64,000 nt of DNA from Takakia lepidozioides. Its lineage: Eukaryota > Plantae > Bryophyta. Under the pieces are notes generated by a model, which was given only the letters and a program-made list of their open reading frames with translations, did not search any database and had not been told where the DNA came from. A program made the position numbers and the translations under genes. Shown here in pieces: positions 26,258-36,736 of the stretch. The stretch's first letter is position 1; each line of letters opens with the position of its first letter. The DNA lies in NCBI GenBank assembly GCA_030704615.1, contig CM060731.1, forward strand, positions 9,486,001-9,550,000. The letters run 5' to 3'.

Positions 26258-28468
26258 TCATACTTCCGCGCGCGGCGAAAGTTGACTTTCTCTTTCACTC
26301 TCACGACGTGGCGGAGGTGGATCGAGAACAAGTGCTCGGGCTGCATGCAAATCGGCAACGAGGCCGTCCATATCCGGCAATACAGCCCCCGAAACACGAT
26401 GATAACGGTCTGTCCATAATCGCCTCCATTTCTCTACAATTGCCTTGATGGTACTTTTGAAACTTTCCAACTGCCTCTTGCGGGCCCTGTCCCTAATCAT
26501 TGTGTCGTTTCGACGATAAGCCGCCTCGTACGCATCATTCATTCGGCGTTGACATATTATAGCATTTTCCAGTTCGGACATCAACAAATGTCTCTCAATC
26601 GGTTGTCAGTCATACAATTCGTTCTCCACCAACACCCATGGAACCTGTGGGAGCTCGATAAACCTGGACCTTCTTTGACTCCAATGCCCTCCCAGATTGT
26701 GGCAAGACTGCTCTCTCTCCCACCAATATCGAATACTTCCCGTACGTATGGTTATCTCCCAATCAGATGTGACCCAGAAATACTGGGGATCTTTGATGTA
26801 TGTCAGGTTTCCGGCATGTATGCCATGCATCTCTCTGTCTGCATCCCATACCAAGTTCTTGCCCCAATACACACAATTCAGAAATGTATATGGTAGCCCA
26901 TCCAATAGGAGGTTGTGTCGATTGTATTCAAAACCTATGGGCATTCGATCCTCCAAGCCCACCAGCTCATAGAAACGGCGATGGATTGGTGTACGACATT
27001 CTGGGCAAGCGTTCGTCCGCAAGGCTTGCGGGATAAGACATGTGAGATGGAATATATGTCCACATGATCTAAGCACATGACATCCCTCTGGGCCGTATGG
27101 ATTCCTACACATCGAACAAACTGTGTCATCTGATATCCATGACGGCAAAACGCCTTGTGGTATCTCCTCCCTCTGGGCCTTATTGATGTGGCTGGTCATC
27201 GTTCTTGTGGTGTCTCACTCTTCCTCTATCTCCAATTCCCAGTTTATGCTTCTGTTCGACCTCGAAATTTTGTGCTCACATCGATCGAACATAGAATCCA
27301 CATCTGCCCAATTGGTATACCCGACGAACACACTTGATGCGATGCGGAGATCGTTATACCTTTGCATGTTGGCATAAATGCTATCCACGCTACGGTTCGA
27401 TATGCGTGCGACACGTTCCAAGCCTGACAGTGCCCGCTCTACCCGTGCTTCTCTGGAGGCCAAATGGGTCGCCCATTGTACCCAATTCTCCCAATCGCCA
27501 TTCAATGGGACCCATGCCTGAATCTCCAGCGTTTTAGATAAGCGCCATGCAGTTGCCATGGCAATGTCCCGCACCTTTGAAACGCGGTCGACATCTAATA
27601 TCGGGTTCATCTCTGATTGAATGGCGACCCTCGAGCATTCCCCGGTTTCCAGTACTGGTCATTTTCCTTTCCTCCTTCTCTCTTCCGCAATTTGCTGTTC
27701 CTCAACCATGGTTTCATCGGCCACAGGGTCAAGGACATCCGTAACTTCCTGAATGATGCGGTCAATACTGCGATCGGACATCGCAAACTCCGCGTCCATG
27801 TCCATGACGTTTGTTCGATCCTCATTGTGGACAACAGCGCCTTCATTGTTTGGAGGCATGTCTTGCAATGTAGCTTCAAACTCGGCTATGCGCAGTGTTT
27901 GCCAGTCTAGTCGGTCCTGCAGGGTCCTGATTCGCTGGTCTCTTTCCGCCAGTTGTTCCTCTAACGTTGCAGCCGGTTGTATTCCGAACGTGTCCGGGAT
28001 GTACTTCAAATCGTATAGCAACCTTGCGTTCTTCATACTAGCAGTTTGCCAATTCACTAGACGCAAGAGTATGACCTCCACGTACAACATGGCTGCCAAG
28101 GTATACGGGATTTGACCCTTTAAGAGAGGTTGACCGCACAATGTGCAATGCACCTCATTCGCCCTATGCTGGAAATGCAAGTTCGTGCAAGACCTGGACT
28201 CTGCGTAATTGTTTTGGGTTTGCACGTCATGCCTATCCAAAGGCCACAATCGATTGATGTGGTACCATTTCACGAATTTTTTGCATCTCGCCATCGGCCA
28301 CCGGAACTCTTCCGGAACATCCTCCCAGCCTTCTTTTGCTAGTATGCTAGGGTCACCAAATACTTCCCAATTCAAGTCTTGCCTTGACCATTTGATTTTC
28401 TTAGGGGGCGGTCCATGTTCATTGGGGTCATCTCTTCCATGACGGTCATCGTCCTGGCCCTCTGCCAT
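26258..28468 (-). pseudogene. About 736-codon intronless RING-H2 / coiled-coil protein gene carried by the hAT
   Basis: ORFs 28468-27659, 27610-27215, 27199-26606 and 26587-26258 share one frame and are separated only by TGA codons. RING-H2 CSMC...CGHIFHLTC...CPEC at ~27118-26996. Confidence 0.8.
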
Positions 28469-28809
28469 TTTACAACAATCAGAGCAAAAGACGTAACTCT
28501 AAACCCTTTCCCCGTTAAGTAAGTTTGAGTAGGTGTCAAAATACTTCATAAAAGCTAATTTTGTAGAATAAAATGATCTTGGAAGCCAGAGGATGGCCTA
28601 TGGGAGCATTCTGCAACGACCTCACAGAAATCGCAGCAAAAAATACCCCTCACCCAACCAATGGCCTCCTTCTCCATGTGACTACGTGTCGTGGAATAAT
28701 GAAATGCCACGCATACAAAAGTTGTGTGGAGAGGAAGTGAGGGGAGAATAAGCCTCCCTTGACTTATATCCTCCCCGCCTTCATTTATCGGGCCACATGC
28801 AGGGCAAAT

Positions 28810-29990
28810 CTTCTAGAAGCGACCGCCAACTTGGCGGTCGCTCGATTTTCCGGAAAATAAAAAAATAAGCGAGCGGGCGGCGCGGCGGGCGGCAGGCGTC
28901 GCTAGAATAAAAAACAAACGACGCCAACATAGCTTCATTTTTAAAAAAAATATTTAATTTTAAAAATGTAACCGCCACATAGATTTAAAAAAAAAAAAAT
29001 AAGCGACCGCAACATAGGCGGTCGCTTCATTTTCAAACCTTTAAATATATAAGCGACCGCCAACATAGGCGGTCACTTCATTTAACTAATAATCACATTG
29101 TCCCACCAATTGAGTGACCTCTTCGTTGCATTTCCACTTCGCTCCACATCTCACATATTTCTACCTGCCGCTCCATCGACGCAGACAAAATTGACTTATA
29201 GATAGAACAGAACATGTTTGTTTACAGAAAATGACAGTGGCAGAGTGGCATTTTCAAAACATTTACAATAAATAAGCGACGCCAACATAGGCGGTCGCTT
29301 CATTTCAAAAACTTTTAAAATAAATAAGCGACCGCCAACATCGCTGAAAACATGGCGGTTGGCGGTCGCTTCATTTTCAAACATTTAAAATAAATAAGCG
29401 ACCGCCAGCATAGGCGGTCGCTTCATTTTCAAAACTTTAAAAGAAATAAGCGACCGCCAACATAGGCGGTTGCTTCATTTTCAAAAACTTGAAAAAAAAA
29501 ATCGACCGCCAACATAGGCGGTCGCTTCATTTCCAAAATAATTAAAATAAAAGCGACCGCCAGTAATGCCGGTCGCCCATTTCCAAAAATAAAAAATAAA
29601 GCGGCAGTAATGCGGTCGCTGCATCTTAAAAAATAACCATCATAGCGACCGCCAAAATGGCGGCTGCATTTTGTAAAAACAAAAACTGCCGGTAATGGAA
29701 GTGAGGGGAGAATGACTGGGGGCTTATATGCCCCCCCCTTCCTCCACGCGCAGGGCAGACCTCGTAGAAGCGACCGCCACCATGGCGGTCGCTCCATTTA
29801 AAAACAAAAAAAAACGACCGCCAGTAATGGCAATCGCTGCATTTATAAAAACAAAAAAAAAGTTCAAGCGAAGTGAAGGGAGAATGTCCCGGAGCTTATA
29901 TGCCCCCCTCCCCCCCGCCTCAATCCTCGCTCCATGCGCAGGTCACACTTCGTAGAAGCGACCGCCACCTTGGCGGTCGCTCCATTTAAA
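28810..29990. repeat. Array of GCGACCGCC-N-GGCGGTCGC palindromes with A/T linkers
   Basis: More than 12 copies visible. Includes a triplicated module GAAGTGA.GGGAGAAT...CTTATAT...AGAAGCGACCGCCA. Confidence 0.9.
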
Positions 29991-30499
29991 TAAAAATGAA
30001 TGCACAGTTGGAAGCATGGCACAATTGTTCTCTATTCCACAAACAAATCACCGAACACAAACATGAGCAAGTGACGGTGCCTTTGGCCGACATTTTGGCT
30101 GGTATACATATGGGCAACATCTTTTATTTTCCAACACATACACAACAGCAATACAAATACTCATTGTGACAATGATCACATTGATATTACTTCAGTACAG
30201 AAATATAAACATGTCCACTAAAAAATGCTGATGCATGCCTACAGTTGTTTTGCTTCAATTCATTCTACTGTTTCGACGGCGGGACGAAGAAGATCATAAT
30301 CCTAATGCTCCGATGGGTTGAAAATCCGGGTCACCCTCGACTACACCACCGTTGCCATGATCAGTGCTGGAATCGTCCTCCCTATCCGACCTCATATGTC
30401 CAGGCCTTTGAATCTGCAAGCGACCTCGAACCACATTTAGTTCTCTCTAAGGTCGACTCCCGCTCCGGTCTTGAATACCATCCACGGTATCTGGCCTGT

Positions 30500-33170
30500 T
30501 TGTGGGCCAATCGCCTACAGAAGGTTGGACTGTTCTCTGTTGTTTATGGACTTGGGACGCAATCGAAGGTGGTCTCGAAGGAGGTACTGGAGGGGGGACT
30601 GCCCGAGATGGACCGACATTAGATGGTCCGGCATGTGAGGAACCACGGGTCTGCTGCGCAACACGTCAGTTAAGGTGGAATTGTAGTGGCAGGTTGTCAT
30701 CATCCGAGGCTTCAACTTCCGTCCGGTCCAATGCAGCAGAATGATGCATGCGTGTGGAAAACAGATCAACCTTGTTGCTCCTTAATGCCCGCTGTGTTGA
30801 TGGGGAGCTGGATCGGTTTTGGCATTGTGGTGGAGCTGGTCATATCGGTGAGGCATGATCCCGTCTCGTCGACTGTACAATGGGTTCGATACCATTGTTT
30901 GTATGAACGGGGTTGCGTACGTCGATCGGTCCTGGCAGTACATCACCCCTAAGCTCCATTGGGGCACTACCGGTGGCTTCAGCGTGTAGTGGGAGGCGAG
31001 GGTCGACCCTAACTTCATTTTGAGGACCATGTTCTGGGGATGACACAATTGCAGCTTCACCTTCATCTGCGATATGCATTTATTCAAGAAGGTCATCAAA
31101 GGTCGGCTGGATATAAGCATCCTCCTCTGTGAATGTAAACGGGTCATACGCATTTTCAGGAGCATCATCGGATCCATCTTCACTAGAGGCAGATAATTCT
31201 CTCTGAGATGATTATCTCTGAGGCTCAGTATCGTCACTCATCGAATCAGCCTCAGAAGCAGAGTCTTCGGAATGTAAATTCCTTTCATACCATGCTGTAG
31301 CATCATCCGCTGCCCTCTCACGTAGCAGTCGGCAATTGGTATACACATACACCAATTTGTCAGCCTTCGCCGGATTCAACCTGTTGCGAATCTTGTTGTG
31401 AACAAATGAATAACTGCTCCAATTGCGTTGCAAGATGAGGCAGAACATACTTGAGCAAGAATACGCTTCGCAATGGGAGCCAATTTTTTTGCTCCAGCTC
31501 CAATCAGATCCCACCATTCATGTGGCAGCATATTGAGCTCTTTTGGATCCGACATGTTCTAAAAAGGGTCGCGACAATCTGAGAAGCATTGGTACTCAGA
31601 TATAACTCTCTCTGCATGGTTCGGCGGAGCCAGTCGCATGAGCACTCGCACGAGGCCGGCCTTGGCATCAGCGTCGTCTCGGAGCATGGTATTGTCGAGC
31701 AAGAATGGATTGAGCAAAGCCCCCGCATAATGCAAGTCTGTTCAAACCATCGAACGACGATTGTAAAATGCATCATCAGCATTGTCCGCAAGTTCAGGTT
31801 CCAAGGAGAAGGGAGGATGCCTCAAGGATTGGACGTGCTTCTCAAGATTTTGCATTAGTAACCATGCCTTGCCCATTACTAGTTGCTTTCCATCAAACTC
31901 CCGCAAGACGATTAACACCGGCTCAACCATATAAACAAAGTTTTCACATTTCTTCCAGAAATCATCGCTGCGAATGCTATTTCGAACTTTTCGACTTTTG
32001 CCCAATGACTTGGCTTTTCTGGAGTCCCGCAATGTCCGTGTGTACGCATCCCATTGAGGATCGATGATGGTGTGCTCCAGACTGCTCTTCACCATCACCA
32101 ACCGATCCACCATCAAGAAGTTAGTGACAAAACGAATTTCACCTGGATTGCAGAGGCTGTATTTGGGTTCGTGCCTCCTACATATTGCCAAAGGGATATG
32201 GTGTGTGTGGATGAACGACACAACAGTCTTCGCTCGCTTGACAAGTTGTTTCACCCACTATTCTTTTCCCCAATCTTCCAAAAGGAGGTTAAGGATATGA
32301 GCAGCACAACCTTGATAGTACATATGGGGATAACGTGCCAACAACATGTCTGCAGTATTTCTCATGGTAGCGGCATTGTCTATGCATATTTGCACGATTC
32401 TATCACTCTGACCTGTTCGATGAAGTCCGTCAATAATTGACATTGATAACGTCCATCTTTCTTCTCGCCGCTAGTGTCGACCGATCCCAAGAATTGTTTA
32501 CCAGCTGGACATACGAGCATGACATTGAACAACGGTCTATTTGTGACACAACTCCAACCATCGACACATATAGTGCTTCCATATTTTCTGATACACTCGT
32601 CCGTCCTATCGTTGACCTTTGGGGTAAGCTCGGTCATGTCGTCTTCTAGCAATCATGTGCGGAGATTGTGATAAGTCGGAGGCACGTACATGGATCTGGA
32701 CTCCAAGGTTGCTCTAACAGCAGAAACAAATGCCGGAAGCCTTGCCACATTAAATGGTATGTTGGCCTCAAAGAAAAACTGCGCCCATTTTTTATCCACC
32801 TGTCTTTGGTGTTGCTCGGGCACAACGCACTTGTCCAAGGACACCCGAAGCCTCACAAGAGTCGCTCTGGATACTAATCAAGGCATCTCAGAGGTCATGT
32901 CCAGATCCAAAGACATTTGAATATTGCCTCCACACTGGGCAAAATGGTTTTTTACCCGCATAGATGCTTTGGGGCATAAACCCACCCCAGCACTCTTCAC
33001 ACTTATATAGCCGAGGTGAGCGAGCAACCGATCTTTACGATAAGAAAGCTTTAATCCACATAGGTTGCACTCAACACTACCAGTGGTACTGACAGTGTTT
33101 GGGATTGCCGTATACCAAGGGCTCCATTCCTCCCTCATCTTCACCCAATATCCACTCCCCTAGGACCTAG
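30500..33170 (-). pseudogene. hAT transposase (BED finger, DUF659 catalytic region, hAT dimerisation domain), disrupted
   Basis: VECNLCG...RLLAHL; FFFEANIPFNVA; STICVDGWS...RPLFNVML; VQICIDNAA; CAAHILNLLLEDWGK; RNWSSYSFVHNKIRNRL...KLVYVYTN. Several frameshifts and stops. Confidence 0.93.
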
Positions 33171-33549
33171 CGATGCAAGCAACAAAAAACAGTCACCTAT
33201 AAATGAACGTGTTGTGAATGTAGAGTGCAATGTGATAGCCCAACACTTCTACACTTGTCAGCAACCCAAGTGGGTCGATGTGGGTTGTAGTGTTGAGCTT
33301 ATACACAATCTGCTGAAGTGGTTTTGGTGGAAGCTACAACGGCAAAAGGTGCGCACCTTCTTCTTAGGCTATACTCTCGTTCAATGGAAAAGAACATCCA
33401 AAGAAACCTCAAGTGTTTGTGCCAAAAGAAGTGAAGAGCTTGGTGACCCTCTTCCCTTATATATGATCCAAGAGGGATGAAAGTGAAATGAAAGTGAAAT
33501 GAATAAATGACAAATCAATAGCGCCCACCCAAAAAAGGCTGTACAACCA

Positions 33550-34345
33550 TATTTGTTGTAATTTTGAAATTAAACGACCGCTAATACTATGGTCCGTATT
33601 TTTATTTTTTATGAAAAACAAACGACCGCCACTACTGCGGTCGCTTTTATTTCCTTTCATTTTGTGCAATATTGCGGTCACTTCTATTTTGTATATTTTT
33701 AAATTTAAGCGACCGCCAAGATAGCGGTCGCTATTTCTTTTTTTTAATCCGCCAGTGCGATCGCCAATCTTGCTTTTATTAAAAACAAATTTGAAACGAC
33801 CGCCAATATGGCGGTCGCTATTTCTTTTTCTATTTCAAAAAATAAGGCGACCGCCAGTGCGACCGCCATCTTACTTTAAAAAAAATAAAAATTGAAGCAA
33901 CCGCCAATACGGCGGTTGCTATTTTTTTTTTAATTTCGAAAAACAAAGCGACCGCCATAATTGGCGGTCGCGTTCATTTTGTTAATTTTCAAAAATGTAT
34001 TTGTCACCGTGCGACCGCCAATACGACCGCCAATCTTGTTTTTTTAAAACAATAAATTGAAGCGACCGCCAGCATAGCGGTCACTATTTGTTTTTTTAAT
34101 TCGAAAAATAAGGCGACCGCCTGTGCGACCGCCAATCTTGCTTTTTAAAAAAAACATTTGAAGCGACCGCCAATAGGGCGGTCGCTATTTCTTTTTCTAT
34201 TTCGAAAAATAAGGCGACCACCAGTGCGACCGCCAATCTTGCTTTAAAAAAAATAAAAATTGAAGCGACCGCCAATACGACAATCGCTATTTCTTTTTTA
34301 ATTTCGAAAAACAAAGCGAATTGGCGGTCGTGTTCATTTTGTTAA
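33550..34345. repeat. Subterminal palindrome array (same GCGACCGCC motif)
   Basis: Repeated GCGACCGCCAAT..GGCGGTCGC with A/T-tract spacers between the transposase promoter and the terminus. Confidence 0.9.
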
Positions 34346-34523
34346 TTTTCAAAATGTATTTGTCACCGCCACCGTGTCGGCGACGTGGCTGCTTAAGTGG
34401 CAGTATTTTACCTGGTATTATTTTTATCAGAATATTCCCCAAACCTGACGTGACGGAGGTCTCGTCAGCGTCAGGTCTGACGTGACTTGACGCTGACTGA
34501 CGGACGTGACGCTAATAACCGGG

Positions 34524-35486
34524 CTTGCAGTTCTCCCTGGATTTCATTACGAAAAGATGACAACTCATGCACAATGGAAGAGACCAGATCTTCTGCAATA
34601 CCTTTCACCCCAGGGTCCCCATCAGTGAGCTCTACACAGTGACTCTCACTAGCCAGATGAGTGTGTTTCGGTTTGGTAACTTTAGACAGGCCTGCCTTGG
34701 CAGCTTTGAGACGTAACCTTTCTTCAATCAATTCCACTATCTCATCTTCAGTGGTGTAAGTATGTTTTTGCAGAAACACTTTCACAGCAGGGGGCAAGCC
34801 CTTTACAAAACAATGTTTCAAAATAGCAGGTCTCTCTGATGCAATCAAAACCGACTTACAGATTGCAGTTCGCAAGCCAGTGTAGTATTTCCACACACTA
34901 TTGCCATAATGAAATTTTAAGTCTGGTGTGGTGTAAGCTATGGGCTTTTCTTCATGAAAGAGCTTGCGAGCCAATTCTCTGGCTTCTACCCACGTAAGAT
35001 CATTTTTGTCCTTAATGTTGGACTCAAACAGTTGTCTAGCCTCTCCCTTGAGACAAATTCAAAATGACTTGACTTCGAATCTTGGGGAACTCCATTCATT
35101 TCAGTGCCGATTTCAAAAAAATCCAAGAAGAACTCAAAATCCTCCCCTAAGTTGTACTCAGGGTATTGCTGCTTATGCATTCGCTCTCCATGATCAGTTT
35201 TCCGTGGAGTAGTATCCAGAACTTCAGTTTGTTTCAGCAACATCTTCAAAAAGGGGGGGCAATTTGAAATCACCCCCATGGCTTCACACAACTCGTCCAA
35301 ATCAAATGTGGGCTGAGGCACAGTCAGCGGATCCTTGTGATCTCCGGACGACTCTCCCCTTTCCATATTATTCTTTTCATTAGTTGTTGTCTCTTCCCTC
35401 TCCTCCGCTGCATGTTTTTCCAACTCACTCAGTCCCATTGTCTCTTCTGCTTCCCTTTCTAGCATAGATCTTGTAAATACAGGCAT
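34524..35486 (-). mobile_element. gag N-terminal part of the dUTPase-Gypsy element
   Basis: MPVFTRS...YPEYNLGEDFEFFLDFFE... and FVKGLPPAVK. Reads in frame across the hAT TSD into 45748+ (ELQAFKAEVG...CMICKSIKHYTRWC). Confidence 0.8.
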
Positions 35487-35504
35487 GAGAAGAGGAGTGC
35501 ACGG

Positions 35505-36426
35505 TTACATGTCCGAAGGGGCACTGAGCTGCGAATCCCACCCGGACATACACTGGGATGTGATGAAGCGATGCTTGTGCAGCAGGTACACTCCTTCTCC
35601 CAAGAATGCCCACAGTTCATCTTCACCCTTGAGCCAAAAAGCCACGCGCACGATGCTGCATACCACCTTTTCCTTCACCAACAGCGTGTGGGAAGGATAT
35701 GTCTGAGCTTCTTCGGCCTTGTAGAGACCTACTATTTCACGTCGAAAACACAACCCCCGGAAAGATCAACACATCACTGGGACAAAAAGGAAATTCAGAG
35801 TCGGGGATACCCGTGATGAGCTCTTCCCAAGTGGGATCCCGGGTAGGGGCTGGCGGGACTCGAGGCCTTAAATTAGCAAGCAGAATAGATGTTTCTCCTT
35901 TAACCAGTTCCCACAATCGTAGAGGGCTCGGCTTGTCAGGAGGCAAGAAGCTCTTAAGCTCTACACCCAATTCTCGACTCACAGAGAATTGTGGAATGCC
36001 CAAGTCAGCCCAGCTAAGCTTCTCACAACCCTCCAACTGCTCCTTGGCACTAGCAAGGGGAATTTGTAGAGTGATTTCCCTGGAATGAAGCTTGAGTAGA
36101 AGGCGTGCGGCATAGGCTCCCTGAAGAGATTCGCGAATGTACCGGCTCTGCTCCCTCTGCTCCGCTTTGGTGCGTATGGGTTTGCAAGCTTCATTGCACG
36201 CAATTTCCTCAAAGGTTTTGGCCCAAAACTCCGAGGGTGTGTCCAGCGGGAGCTCGGGCCGCGGAATAGGCTCTCCCTCGGGGTAATCAACAAAAACCAA
36301 CTGCTCAGGCAACATGTTACGCACAAGCTCACAAATGTAGCGAGATTCCAGCGTCAGAGTCTGCTTCAAGCGCGGGACCTCGAATTGATCAAGTTCAAAC
36401 GAACCACGCTCAGAACTGGAAACCAT
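35505..36426 (-). CDS. Unknown extra ORF (229 aa plus a frameshifted ~80-aa tail) upstream of the dUTPase-Gypsy gag
   Basis: ATG-initiated ORF after a (GA)n leader, ending about 20 bp before the gag ATG; no recognised domain. Confidence 0.5.
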
Positions 36427-36736
36427 AGTGCTTACTTGCTAAACTCTCAAAACACATAAAAGCTCGAGCAGACAAACTCTCTCTCTCTCTCTCTCTCTCA
36501 CTGCGCGAGACACAAGCCGCCATTTTGCCACTACCTCTCCCTTCAATCATGCAGGATCCCCCGTACACAATCTACTATTCTCATGTGCTTCGTACGAACT
36601 AAATCCTCTGTCAACGATTTCAGTTACCCCGCATCTCCACCATGATTCCAGAGCTATGGGTTTGTTCCCCTTCCTCTACCGGACTTAATCCTATCTGGGG
36701 AATGTAGTCGATAGATGGGCCTGGCAAAGAAGACGG

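Larger units (their letters stand above)
25066..34523 (-). mobile_element. Giant hAT transposon, left arm (currently inverted)
   Basis: Terminus CCCGGTTATTAG (34523-34512) next to 8-bp TSD ACTGCAAG (34531-34524). Contains the hAT transposase, the RING ORF and palindrome arrays. Confidence 0.85.
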
